Below are positions 1 through 15,620 of a stretch of 64,000 bases of DNA, piece after piece (positions within the stretch are counted from its first letter, which is position 1; each line of letters starts with the position of its first letter). Origin of the DNA: Macrostomum lignano (taxonomy: Eukaryota); assembly GCA_002269645.1 (NCBI GenBank), contig NIVC01002430.1:62001-126000 (forward strand). The letters run 5' to 3'. The notes beneath the pieces are model-generated. The model worked only from the letters and a program-made list of their open reading frames with translations. It made no database searches and was not told where the DNA came from. Both the position numbers and the translations under genes were made by a program.

Positions 1-371
1 ATTGAATGTACAAATCTCGATACTATATGATATGCTAGTGCTTATTTTAATACGTATTTTCTCATTTTCCTTTGTTCTTTTTTGAAAAAAATACTTTGAA
101 AAACATTCGTTGTCCTGCAAGAAATGCCCCGTCTTAATAAGTTGTTCATGTTTCCTTTAAAGAAGACCAAACTGGCCCTTATCAAATCAAGGTCGTCTTA
201 TTCGCTTAAACCCATCACGGTGTCCATTTTGCTGCTTTGTCGTTTCAATGCCGACTGCGGTTATCCTTCTGTACTAACTGCAGCGCAATAACAATTATTA
301 ATTTAGGATTTTTTGATAAAAGTGCTGTTTTTGACTCTTCTTTTTTCAATATTTTAATTAGTAAAATGCTT

Positions 372-3300
372 ACCCATGATCATCATCTCTAGAGTCACCC
401 ATGACCATCATCTCTAGTCATCCATGACCATCATCTCTAGTCACCCATGACCATCATCTCTAGGGTCACCCATGATCATCATCTCTAGGGTCACCCATGA
501 TCATCATCTCTAGGGTCACTCATGACCATCATCTCTAGGGTCACCCATGATCATCATCTCTAGGGTCACCCATGACCATCATCTCTAGTCACCCATGACC
601 ATCATCTCTAGTCACCCATGACCATCATCTCTAGTCACCCATGACCATCATCTCTATTCACCCATTACCATCATCTCTAGTCACCCATGACCATCATCTC
701 TAGTCACCCATGACCATCATCTCTAGTCACCCATGACCATCATCTCTAGTCACCCATGACCATCATCTCTAGAGTCACCCATGATCATCATCTCTAGGGT
801 CACCCATGATCATCATCTCTAGGGTCACCCATGATCATCATCTCTAGGGTCACCCATGATCATCATCTCTAGGGTCACCCATGATCATCATCTCTAGGGT
901 CACTCATGACCATCATCTCTAGGGTCACCCATGACCATCATCTCTAGTCACCAATGACCATCATCTCTAGTCACCCATGACCATCATCTCTAGTCACCCA
1001 TGACCATCATCTCTATTCACCCATTACCATCATCTCTAGTCACCCATGACCATCATCTCTAGTCACCCATGACCATCATCTCTAGTCACCCATGACCATC
1101 ATCTCTAGTCACCCATGACCATCATCTCTAGTCACCCATGACCATCATCTCTATTCACCCATTACCATCATCTCTAGTCACCCATGACCATCATCTCTAG
1201 TCACCCATGACCATCATCTCTAGTCACCCATGACCATCATCTCTAGTCACCCATGACCATCATCTCTAGTCACCCATGACCATCATCTCTAGTCACCCAT
1301 GACCATCATCTCTAGTCACCCATGACCATCATCTCTAGTCACCCATGACCATCATCTCTATTCACCCATTACCATCATCTCTAGTCACCCATGACCATCA
1401 TCTCTAGTCACCCATGACCATCATCTCTAGTCACCCATGACCATCATCTCTAGTCACCCATGACCATCATCTCTAGGGTCACCCATGACCATCATCTCTA
1501 GGGTCACCCATTACCATCATCTCTAGTCATCCATGACAATCATCTCTAGGGTCACCCATGACCATCATCTCTAGTCACCCATGACCATCATCTCTAGTCA
1601 CCCATGACCATCATCTCTAGTCACCCATGACCATCATCTCTAGTCACCCATGACCATCATCTCTATTCACCCATTACCATCATCTCTAGTCACCCATGAC
1701 CATCATCTCTAGTCACCCATGACCATCATCTCTAGTCACCCATGACCATCATCTCTAGTCACCCATGACCATCATCTCTAGGGTCACCCATGACCATCAT
1801 CTCTAGTCACCCATGACCATCATCTGTAGTCACCCATGACAATCATCTCTAGGGTCACCCATGACCATCATCGATCTAGGGTCACCCATGACCATCATCT
1901 CTAGTCACCCATGACCATCATCTCTAGTCACCCATGACCATCATCTCTAGTCACCCATGACCATCATCTCTAGTCACCCATGACCATCATCTCTAGTCAC
2001 CCATGACCATCATCTCTAGTCACCCATGACCATCATCTCTAGTCACCCATGACCATCATCTCTAGAGTCACCCATGATCATCATCTCTAGGGTCACCCAT
2101 GATCATCATCTCTAGGGTCACCCATGATCATCATCTCTAGGGTCACCCATGATCATCATCTCTAGGGTCACCCATGATCATCATCTCTAGGGTCACTCAT
2201 GACCATCATCTCTAGGGTCACCCATGACCATCATCTCTAGTCACCCATGACCATCATCTCTAGTCACCCATGACCATCATCTCTAGTCACCCATGACCAT
2301 CATCTCTATTCACCCATTACCATCATCTCTAGTCACCCATGACCATCATCTCTAGTCACCCATGACCATCATCTCTAGTCACCCATGACCATCATCTCTA
2401 GTCACCCATGACCATCATCTCTAGTCACCCATGACCATCATCTCTATTCACCCATTACCATCATCTCTAGTCACCCATGACCATCATCTCTAGTCACCCA
2501 TGACCATCATCTCTAGTCACCCATGACCATCATCTCTAGTCACCCATGACCATCATCTCTAGTCACCCATGACCATCATCTCTAGTCACCCATGACCATC
2601 ATCTCTAGTCACCCATGACCATCATCTCTAGTCACCCATGACCATCATCTCTATTCACCCATTACCATCATCTCTAGTCACCCATGACCATCATCTCTAG
2701 TCACCCATGACCATCATCTCTAGTCACCCATGACCATCATCTCTAGTCACCCATGACCATCATCTCTAGGGTCACCCATGACCATCATCTCTAGGGTCAC
2801 CCATTACCATCATCTCTAGTCATCCATGACAATCATCTCTAGGGTCACCCATGACCATCATCTCTAGTCACCCATGACCATCATCTCTAGTCACCCATGA
2901 CCATCATCTCTAGTCACCCATGACCATCATCTCTAGTCACCCATGACCATCATCTCTATTCACCCATTACCATCATCTCTAGTCACCCATGACCATCATC
3001 TCTAGTCACCCATGACCATCATCTCTAGTCACCCATGACCATCATCTCTAGTCACCCATGACCATCATCTCTAGGGTCACCCATGACCATCATCTCTAGT
3101 CACCCATGACCATCATCTGTAGTCACCCATGACAATCATCTCTAGGGTCACCCATGACCATCATCGATCTAGGGTCACCCATGACCATCATCTCTAGTCA
3201 CCCATGACCATCATCTCTAGTCACCCATGACCATCATCTCTAGTCACCCATGACCATCATCTCTAGTCACCCATGACCATCATCTCTAGTCACCCATGAC

Positions 3301-3792
3301 CATCATCTCTAGTCACCCATGACCATCATCTCTAGTCACCCATGACCATCATCTCTATTCACCCATTACCATCATCTCTAGTCACCCATGACCATCATCT
3401 CTAGTCACCCATGACCATCATCTCTAGTCACCCATGACCATCATCTCTAGTCACCCATGACCATCATCTCTAGGGTCACCCATGACCATCATCTCTAGTC
3501 ACCCATGACCATCATCTGTAGTCACCCATGACAATCATCTCTAGGGTCACCCATGACCATCATCTCTAGGGTCACCCATGACCATCATCTCTAGTCACCC
3601 ATGACCATCATCTCTAGGGTCACCCATGACCATCATCTCTAGGGTCACCCATGACCATAATCTGTAGTCATCCATGACAATCATCTCTAGTCACCCATGA
3701 CCATCATCTCTAGTCACCAATGACCATCATCTCTAGGGTCACTCATGACCATCATCTCTAGGGTCACCCAGGCCATGACCATCATCTCTAGA
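372..3792. repeat. Minisatellite, 23/25-bp unit TCACCCATGACCATCATCTCTAG(GG)
   Basis: Direct reading of tandem units; rare variants recur 1293 bp apart. Confidence 0.97.
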
Positions 3793-3893
3793 ACGTTCAT
3801 CCCTTATCAATCAATGCTTAAGCCATGAAATTAACCTTTAAACCTTGCATACACATCCTATATCAGTATGCATATATTAATTAAATGTTTCAG

Positions 3894-5363
3894 ATGATTG
3901 GCACAATCCCACCAAGCTGGAAGCAGCAGCAGCAGCAGCAGCAGCATGCGGCCATTCAACAGCCGTGCTATCAGCAGGCTAATCAACAATCTCAGCTTCA
4001 ACAGTGCTACTATCTAGCGCCGCCGCTACCGCCTGCGTTTCATTTGCCACCGCCGCCTCACCCGCCACCCCCGCCACCGCCGCCGGCCCCACCGCCCCCT
4101 CAGCCGTGTAGCGAGCTATTTATTGGCAATCTGCCGCCAACGGCCACCAAATCCGATCTAACTCGCGAATTAAGCCGATTCGGCCCGCTGGAACACGTCA
4201 GCCTAGCCTACGGGCCTGGCGGCGGATTTCGCGGCTTTGCATTCGCTAAATTTGCTCGCATCCAATCGGCTATTGGCCTGGTTGATGGCCGGGGCCACGG
4301 TTTAATGTTGGACGGTCGGCTGTTGCGTATTGAATGGCGTCGGAAAGGCGTCGGTAGTGGCAGCGGCGGCGGCGTCGGTAGCGGGGTTGGCGATGCTTCG
4401 CCTACCAGTGCATCCACATTTTCGGCTGGACCGGTAATGGTCAGCGCTACTGCCGTAAGTCTGTTAAGATGAGTTTACTAATCCGCACCTACATGTATCC
4501 GTATCGATGACCTTAATCCACACCTTAAGCATCCGTCTCTAATTCATACGTAATCCACCCTAAGCAGTCCCCAATCTATCCCTAATCCGTGCCTAAGCAC
4601 GGTCTCTAATCCCGATCTCTAATCCATCCCTAATCCGTCCCTAAGCATCGGTCCCTAATCCATCCCTAATCCGTCCCTAAGCATCGGTCCCTAATCCATC
4701 CCTAATCCGTCCCTAAGCATCGGTCCCTAATCCATCCCTAATCCGTCCCTAAGCGTCGGTCCCTAATCCATCCCTAATCCGTCCCTAAGCATCGGTCCCT
4801 AATCCATCCCTAATCCGTCCCTAAGCATCGGTCTCTAATCCATCCCTAATCCGTCCCTAAGCATCGGTCCCTTATCTCCCTAATCCAGTGTGCTTGTAAA
4901 AGTACATTCTACAAAGCATTAATCGCGCTCCCTTAATCCACAGACTCATCAACGCCCAGCAGAATTTGGTGAATATTCCTTCGCATCAACTAATACTACT
5001 GCAGCCAGTAGTAACGCAGCAACCAAAGCGCAACCGGTCGCTCGTTGCCAGCATCAGCAGCGTCATCATCTGCAGCAGCAGCATACTGAGCAGCCGGATT
5101 GCCAGCTACCAGCTTGGCTGCACACCCGCCTAGTAGAGGACACCGAACGTCTGGTAGACTGTCTACTAGCCGAACTGCGACTGTGCAATCGGCTCGCTGC
5201 AACGACTTCCAATCCAAATGAGGCTGCTCAATTGCGTCAACAGGCTCGAGAATTAGAGAGCCGAATGAAAACTCGATCTGCTGAGCTGGCCAATCTGAAT
5301 GGGGCTGGCTGTTTGGCCTGTCGCTCGAGTCGGAATGGCGGCGTACCGAATACCAAGTGCTAA
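3894..5363 (+). CDS. RRM-domain RNA-binding protein with Gln/Pro-rich N-terminus; exons 3894-4454 and 4944-5363 (about 326 aa)
   Basis: RNP2-like LFIGNL and RNP1-like RGFAFAKF motifs. GTAAGT donor at 4455 and CCACAG acceptor at 4943 are both phase 0. Exon 2 is open to TAA 5361-5363; AATAAA at 5400. Confidence 0.8.
4600..4885. repeat. Intronic 36-bp minisatellite with three CCCTAA hexamers per unit
   Basis: Unit CCCTAATCCATCCCTAATCCGTCCCTAAGCATCGGT. Confidence 0.9.
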
Positions 5364-5456
5364 GTGCTACCGTATTGACTTGTCGAATTCTTTTACAGTA
5401 ATAAACCTCTTCTAAATTTGCTAACTATGAGTACTGTATCCACCACTAGTTGATAA

Positions 5457-6225
5457 AATCGCCCCTAAACTACCCGTGAGAGTCGCCCCTAAACTACCCG
5501 TGAGAGTCGCCCCTAAACTACCTGTGAGAATCGCCCCTGAACTACCCGTGAGAATCGCCACTAAACTGCCCATGAGAATCGCCACTATACTACCCGTGAG
5601 AATCGCCCCTAAACTACCCGTGAGAATCGCCACTAAACTACCCGTGAGAATCGCCCCTAAACTACCCGTGAGAGTCGCCCCTAAACTGCCCATGAGAATC
5701 GCCCCTAAACTACCCGTGAGAATCGGCCCTAAACTACCCGTGAGAATCGTCCCTAAACTACCCGTGAGAGTCGCCCCTAAACTACCCGTGAGAGTCGCCC
5801 CTAAACTGCCCATGAGAATCGCCCGCCCCTAAACTACCCGTGAGAATCGCCCCTAAACTGCCCATGAGAATCGCCACTAAAATACCCGTGAGAGTCGCTC
5901 CTTAACTACCTGTGAGAGTCGCCCCTAAACTACCCATGAGAATCGCCCCTAAACTACCCGTGAGAGTCGCCCCTAAACTACCTGTGAGAGTCGCCCCTAA
6001 ACTACCCATGAGAATCGCCCCTAAACTACCCGTGAGAGTCGCCCCTAAACTACCTGTGAGAGTCGCCCCTAAACTACCCATGAGAATCGCCCCTAAACTA
6101 CCCGTGAGAGTCGCCCCTAAACTACCTGTGAGAGTCGCCCCTAAACTACCCGTGAGAGTCGCCCCTAAACTACCCGTGAGAGTCGCCCCTAAACTACCCA
6201 TGAAAATCGCCTCTGCACTACCTGA
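5457..6225. repeat. 24-bp minisatellite CGCCCCTAAACTACCCGTGAGA(G/A)T
   Basis: Tandem units; explains the VAPKLPVR and GSLGATLT ORFs. Confidence 0.95.
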
Positions 6226-6984
6226 AAAATTTAGGGGTAGCTCCTGAACCACACAGCAGCTTTAGAATCAAAGTTATTTTTGTATTTTCCTCATAAATTG
6301 CATAGTAAAGTACGCATTGACCCAATTCAGCCAAAATTGTTAATCGGTAAATTAAATCCTGCATACGGTTGCTACCCGTTTGTTTTACTTAATCTAATTT
6401 TTAATTACTTACGTTTTGCCTTTCAATTTCGCTACTTTAAGTAATAAAAATCGCGCATGCACTTGCTAATTTAATATATTTTTTTGCTAACTTGTCCCAC
6501 TTAAAAGCATTTCCCATGTGTTTATTAACATGCACTATTTTATGTGACTATTTTTTGTTTGCCTATCGGTGCTATCTGCATTGCTTGTTTTTTTGTTCGA
6601 TTCTTCTTTGTCTCACTTTGCCTTCCTTGTGCGTACATATCCGCCAGTCTTTGTTGTGCTGCTTTACAAACACGCTTTATTTATTTATTTATTAAATATT
6701 AGTACCATATATGCGCCATGTAAGGCAGCCTATTTTTTAACTTGCCTTTTGTGACTTGTTATTTTTTCTCCTAAGCTATCCTTGGACGGCGTGCGTTTAA
6801 ACTAGTTGACTCTTCTTTTGTCTTTTTTAACTTTGTTAAATTTTGTTAAACCTTGTCTCGCAATTTTGTAATATCTATGGCAATCAATAAATATTGTGCA
6901 AATCAATTTTTGCGTTGCTTTACCAACCTGTTGCATTTGACTTTGGCATTGTTTTAGTCTTTTATCTAAGCTTAGTATGCCAAT

Positions 6985-7770
6985 CTCACAGCTAAGCACC
7001 CCGATCTCAGCTAAGCATCCCAATCTCATAGCTAAGCATCCCAATCTCATAGCTAAGCATCCCAATCTCATAGCTAAGCATCCCAATCTCATAGCTAAGC
7101 ATCCCAATCTCATAGCTAAGCATCCCAATCTCATAGCTAAGCACCCCAGGCTCATAGCTAAGCATCCCAATCTCATAGCTAAGCACCCCAATCTCATAGC
7201 TAAGCATCCCAATCTCATAGCTAAGCATCCCAATGTCACAGCTAAGCATCCCAATCTCATAGCTAAGCATCCCAATCTCATAGCTAAGCATCCTAATCTC
7301 ACAGCTAAGCATCCCAATCTCATAGCTAAGCATCCCAATCTCATAGCTAAGCATCCCAATCTCATAGCTAAGCATCCTAATCTCATAGCTAAGCATCCCA
7401 ATCTCATAGCTAAGCATCCCAATCTCATAGCTAAGCATCCCAATCTCACAGCTAAGCATCCCAATCTCATAGCTAAGCACCCCAATCTCATAGCTAAGCA
7501 TCCTAATCTCATAGCTAAGCACCCCAATCTCATAGCTAAGCATCCCAATCTCATAGCTAAGCACCCCAATCTCACAGCTAAGCATCCCAATCTCATAGCT
7601 AAGCATCCCAATCTCATAGCTAAGCACCCCAATCTCACAGCTAAGCATCCCAATCTCATAGCTAAGCATCCCAATCTCATAGCTAAGCATCCCAATCTCA
7701 TAGCTAAGCATCCCAATCTCATAGCTAAGCATCTCAATCTCATAGCTAAGCACAGCTAAGCATCTCACAG
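6985..7770. repeat. 21-bp minisatellite AGCTAAGCATCCCAATCTCAT
   Basis: Tandem units; explains the IAKHPNL and MRLGCLA ORFs. Confidence 0.96.
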
Positions 7771-7804
7771 GTAGCCACCCTCTCCGCGCCAACAGCCGGC
7801 AGCA

Positions 7805-8224
7805 ATGCTAGATCCGGTAAAAGTCTTCGACCTGCTAGTGAAGCTATCCGAGGAGGAAGGCATTCGAGTCACCGTCAAGCAGTCCGCTAAAGGTGCTGCA
7901 ATCGCCGGAGGCGGCGCCTTTGTCGGCGGACTTCTCGGTGGCCCAGTCGGTGTAGCAGTCGGCGGCGCCGTTGGTGGCCTGGCGGGCGCCTGGGCCACGT
8001 CGGGCCAATTCGAACCGCTGGCTACGGTGCTGCTTCGATTGCCGCAAGAAAAACGCAACGATTTGGTGGACTCTACAATGGATTTATTGCGCGGTTTTGA
8101 CATTACTGATGCGGTTATGCTGGCTACTATGCTGGCTGGCAATATGGATCTGCGAACTCAGATGCTTACCCAGCTGAGTGCGTTTGCCACTGAACAGCTT
8201 GGTCTCATGCTGAAGCCGTCTTGA
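7805..8224 (+). CDS. C19orf12: C19orf12 homolog (glycine-zipper membrane-associated protein), 139 aa
   Basis: [40 protein letters not shown] matches remembered human C19orf12 ([40 protein letters not shown]). Acceptor at 7770; AATAAA at 8391. Confidence 0.93.
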   Translation: [139 protein letters not shown]

Positions 8225-8584
8225 GTAGACTGCTCATGATTCAACTATTTCATATTCCAATGTCTGACACATATAATGTGCCGATTCTAACGAGTTTATT
8301 CTATTCAGAAATTTGCCAGCTTTTATCTGTGTTTTACGATTGATATCATTGATTTCTAATTATTTTCTGTGACAATTGGTTTTTTATATTAATAAAATTG
8401 TCTCGTGCTACATTAGGTCGAATGATAAATTGACATCGGTGTAACAATTTATTATTAAGCTTTAGTAAATTTTAAATACAGATTTTTTATTAATTAAAAC
8501 TAACCCTAACCCTGGTCTCTTTTGGAGCTAATAATATCCCCGTTAATTCCTCAAAACGAAGACTTCTAATTCCTTAAAACAAAG

Positions 8585-8880
8585 GAGGTTGTAGCCTAGT
8601 GGTTAGAGCGTCGCACTCACGACTTAAAGGTCGGGGGTTCGATTCCCGATTCCAGTCGGAACAATTTGTGTCCTTGAGCAAGACACTTAACTGTGCATTG
8701 CTTCAGTTCACCCAGCTGTAAAATGGGTGCCAGCCTTAGCTGGGGTAATTGAGGCTGTGTGTGGCAACCCCCCAGTCCTTGGACTGAACAGCCGTACGCA
8801 GCCTTCAGATGCGCCGCGCAATAGCTGCGGCTGAGCTGTCGGTTGCACATCTGGCCTAATTGGGCTCTAAAACAGAATCC
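8585..8880 (+). mobile_element. tRNA-derived SINE with CORE-like central domain
   Basis: A box TAGCCTAGTGG and B box GGTTCGATTCC. GTGTCCTTGAGCAAGACACTTAAC...CTGTAAAATGGGT resembles the MIR/AFC CORE. Flanked by direct repeat AAAACAAAG (8576-8584 and 8881-8889). Confidence 0.8.
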
Positions 8881-9010
8881 AAAACAAAGACTTCTAAATC
8901 CTCTTAAAATCTGTAAGAACTAAACTTAGACTCAGATATAAGGCATCAAGAACAAAGACTTCTCTTTTGATCCTTGTTTTGAAATTCTCACTTTCTAATC
9001 CCGCCCGCAG

Positions 9011-11303
<2,293 letters not shown>

Positions 11304-11319
11304 TGCTTGGAATGGACCG

Positions 11320-14300
11320 CAGGGTGACGGGGGGAGCTGAATTGGATTGGGGGGTGACGGGGGAGCTGAAGGAGTGGAGGGTGACGGGGGAGCTGAAGGA
11401 GTGGATGGTGACGGGGGAGCTGAAGGAGTGGAGGGTGACGGGGGGAGCTGAAGGAGTGGAGGGTGACGGGGGAGCTGAAGGAGTGGAGGGTGACGGGGGA
11501 GCTGAAGGACTGGAGGGTGACGGGGGGAGCTGAAGGAGTGGAGGGTGACGGGGGGAGCTGAAGGAGTGGAGGGTGACGGGGGGAGCTGAAGGTGTGGAGG
11601 GTGACGGGGGAAGATGCTGAAGGAGTGGATGGTGACAGGGGGACCTGAAGGACTGGAGGGTGACGGGGGAGCTGAAGGAGTGGAGGGTGACGGGGGGAGC
11701 TGAAGGAGTGGAGGGTGACGGGGGGAGATGCTGAAGGAGTGGATGGTGACAGGGGGAGCTGAAGGACTGGAGGGTGACGGGGGAGCTGAAGGAGTGGAGG
11801 GTGACGGGGGAGCTGAAGGAGTGGATGGTGACGGGGGAGCTGAAGGAGTGGATGGTGACAGGGGGAGCTGAAGGACTGGAGGGTGACGGGGGGAGCTGAA
11901 GGAGTGGATGGTGACAGGGGGAGCTGAAGGACTGGAGGGTGACGGGGGGAGCTGAAGGAGTGGAGGGTGACGGGGGAGCTGAAGGAGTGGAGGGTGACGG
12001 GGGAGCTGAAGGAGTGGAGGGTGACGGGGGAGCTGAAGGAGTGGATGGTGACAGGGGGAGCTGAAGGACTGGAGGGTGACGGGGGAGCTGAAGGAGTGGA
12101 GGGTGACGGGGGGAGCTGAAGGAGTGGAGGGTGACGGGGGGAGATGCTGAAGGAGTGGATGGTGACAGGGGGAGCTGAAGGACTGGAGGGTGACGGGGGG
12201 AGCTGAAGGACTGGAGGGTGACGGGGGGAGCTGAAGGACTGGAGGGTGACGGGGGGAGCTGAAGGACTGGAGGGTGACGGGGGGAGCTGAAGGAGTGGAG
12301 GGTGACGGGGGGAGCTGAAGGAGTGGAGGGTGACGGGGGGAGCTGATGGAGTGGATGGTGACAGGGGGAGCTGAAGGAGTGGAGGGTGACGGGGGGAGCT
12401 GAAGTAGTGGAGGGTGACGGGGGAGCTGAAGGAGTGGAGGGTGACGGGGGAGCTGAAGGAGTGGAGGGTGACGGGGGAGCTGAAGGAGTGGAGGGTGACG
12501 GGGGGAGCTGAAGGAGTGGAGGGTGACGGGGGGAGCTGAAGGAGTGGAGGGTGACGGGGGAGCTGAAGGAGTGGATGGTGACGGGGGAGATGCTGAAGGA
12601 GTGGATGGTGACAGGGGGACCTGAAGGACTGGAGGGTGACGGGGGGAGCTGAAGGACTGGAGGGTGACGGGGGAGCTGAAGGAGTGGAGGGTGACGGGGG
12701 GAGCTGAAGGAGTGGAGGGTGACGGGGGAGCTGAAGGAGTGGAGGGTGACGGGGGGAGCTGAAGGACTGGAGGGTGACGGGGGAGCTGAAGGACTGGAGG
12801 GTGACGGGGGGAGATGCTGAAGGACTGGAGGGTGACGGGGGAGCTGAAGGACTGGAGGGTGACGGGGGGAGCTGAAGGACTGGAGGGTGACGGGGGGAGA
12901 TGCTGAAGGAGTGGATGGTGACAGGGGGAGCTGAAGGACTGGAGGGTGACGGGGGGAGCTGAAGGAGTGGATGGTGACGGGGGGAGATGCTGAAGGAGTG
13001 GATGGTGACAGGGGGACCTGAAGGACTGGAGGGTGACGGGGGGAGCTGAAGGACTGGAGGGTGACGGGGGAGCTGAAGGAGTGGAGGGTGACGGGGGGAG
13101 CTGAAGGAGTGGAGGGTGACGGGGGGAGCTGAAGGAGTGGAGGGTGACGGGGGGAGATGCTGAAGGAGTGGATGGTGACAGGGGGAGCTGAAGGACTGGA
13201 GGGTGACGGGGGGAGCTGAAGGAGTGGATGGTGACAGGGGGAGCTGAAGGACTGGAGGGTGACGGGGGAGCTGAAGGAGTGGAGGGTGACGGGGGGAGCT
13301 GAAGGAGTGGAGGGTGACGGGGGAGCTGAAGGAGTGGAGGGTGACGGGGGAGCTGAAGGAGTGGATGGTGACAGGGGGAGCTGAAGGACTGGAGGGTGAC
13401 GGGGGAGCTGAAGGAGTGGAGGGTGACGGGGGGAGCTGAAGGAGTGGAGGGTGACGGGGGGAGATGCTGAAGGAGTGGATGGTGACAGGGGGAGCTGAAG
13501 GACTGGAGGGTGACGGGGGGAGCTGAAGGACTGGAGGGTGACGGGGGGAGCTGAAGGACTGGAGGGTGACGGGGGAGCTGAAGGACTGGAGGGTGACGGG
13601 GGGAGCTGAAGGAGTGGAGGGTGACGGGGGGAGCTGAAGGAGTGGAGGGTGACGGGGGGAGCTGATGGAGTGGATGGTGACAGGGGGAGCTGAAGGAGTG
13701 GAGGGTGACGGGGGGAGCTGAAGTAGTGGAGGGTGACGGGGGAGCTGAAGGAGTGGAGGGTGACGGGGGGAGCTGAAGGAGTGGAGGGTGACGGGGGGAG
13801 CTGAAGGAGTGGAGGGTGACGGGGGGAGCTGAAGGAGTGGAGGGTGACGGGGGGAGCTGAAGGAGTGGAGGGTGACGGGGGGAGCTGAAGGAGTGGATGG
13901 TGACGGGGGGAGATGCTGAAGGAGTGGATGGTGACAGGGGACCTGAAGGACTGGAGGGTGACGGGGGGAGCTGAAGGACTGGAGGGTGACGGGGGAGCTG
14001 AAGGAGTGGAGGGTGACGGGGGGAGCTGAAGGAGTGGAGGGTGACGGGGGGAGCTGAAGGAGTGGAGGGTGACGGGGGAGCTGAAGGACTGGAGGGTGAC
14101 GGGGGGAGCTGAAGGACTGGAGGGTGACGGGGGAGATGCTGAAGGACTGGAGGGTGACGGGGGGAGCTGAAGGACTGGAGGGTGACGGGGGGAGCTGAAG
14201 GACTGGAGGGTGACGGGGGGAGATGCTGAAGGAGTGGATGGTGACAGGGGGAGCTGAAGGACTGGAGGGTGACGGGGGAGCTGAAGGAGTGGATGGTGAC

Positions 14301-15620
14301 GGGGGAGATGCTGAAGGAGTGGATGGTGACAGGGGGACCTGAAGGACTGGAGGGTGACGGGGGAGCTGAAGGACTGGAGGGTGACGGGGGAGCTGAAGGA
14401 GTGGAGGGTGACGGGGGAGCTGAAGGAGTGGAGGGTGACGGGGGGAGCTGAAGGAGTGGAGGGTGACGGGGGGAGATGCTGAAGGAGTGGATGGTGACAG
14501 GGGGAGCTGAAGGACTGGAGGGTGACGGGGGAGCTGAAGGACTGGAGGGTGACGGGGGGAGCTGAAGGACTGGAGGGTGACGGGGGGAGCTGAAGGACTG
14601 GAGGGTGACGGGGGAGCTGAAGGACTGGAGGGTGACGGGGGAGCTGAAGGAGTGGAGGGTGACGGGGGAGCTGAAGGAGTGGAGGGTGACGGGGGAGCTG
14701 AAGGAGTGGAGGGTGACGGGGGGAGCTGAAGGAGTGGAGGGTGACGGGGGGAGCTGAAGGAGTGGAGGGTGACGGGGGAGCTGAAGGAGTGGAGGGTGAC
14801 GGGGGGAGCTGAAGGAGTGGAGGGTGACGGGGGGAGCTGAAGGAGTGGATGGTGACGGGGGGAGATGCTGAAGGAGTGGATGGTGACAGGGGGACCTGAA
14901 GGACTGGAGGGTGACGGGGGGAGCTGAAGGACTGGAGGGTGACGGGGGAGCTGAAGGACTGGAGGGTGACGGGGGGAGCTGAAGGAGTGGAGGGTGACGG
15001 GGGGAGCTGAAGGAGTGGAGGGTGACGGGGGGAGCTGAAGGACTGGAGGGTGACGGGGGGAGCTGAAGGACTGGAGGGTGACGGGGGGAGCTGAAGGACT
15101 GGAGGGTGACGGGGGAGCTGAAGGAGTGGAGGGTGACGGGGGGAGCTGAAGGACTGGAGGGTGACGGGGGGAGATGCTGAAGGAGTGGATGGTGACAGGG
15201 GAGCTGAAGGACTGGAGGGTGACGGGGGAGCTGAAGGAGTGAATGGTGACGGGGGAGATGCTGAAGGAGTGGATGGTGACAGGGGGACCTGAAGGACTGG
15301 AGGGTGACGGGGGGAGCTGAAGGACTGGAGGGTGACGGGGGAGCTGAAGGAGTGGAGGGTGACGGGGGAGCTGAAGGAGTGGAGGGTGACGGGGGGAGCT
15401 GAAGGAGTGGAGGGTGACGGGGGGAGCTGAAGGAGTGGAGGGTGACGGGGGAGATGCTGAAGGAGTGGATGGTGACAGGGGACCTGAAGGACTGGAGGGT
15501 GACGGGGGGAGCTGAAGGACTGGAGGGTGACGGGGGAGCTGAAGGACTGGAGGGTGACGGGGGAGCTGAAGGACTGGAGGGTGACGGGGGGAGATGCTGA
15601 AGGAGTGGAGGGTGACGGGT
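11320..15620. repeat. G-rich 27-30-bp minisatellite GGAGCTGAAGGA(G/C)TGGAGGGTGACGGGG
   Basis: Tandem units with variable G runs; explains the 1450-aa and 1458-aa minus-strand ORFs. Confidence 0.97.

Noticed and set aside
5421-7792. Periodic ORFs (GSLGATLT, IAKHPNL, MRLGCLA); likewise 18717-19733, 26450-27219, 36084-37016 and 61673-62740
   Set aside because: Repeat units with lengths divisible by 3, or stop-free units; they are open on both strands and lack gene context.
8585-8655. Functional tRNA gene
   Set aside because: The anticodon and acceptor stems do not pair and the sequence continues into a CORE-like body with a TSD, so it is a SINE head.
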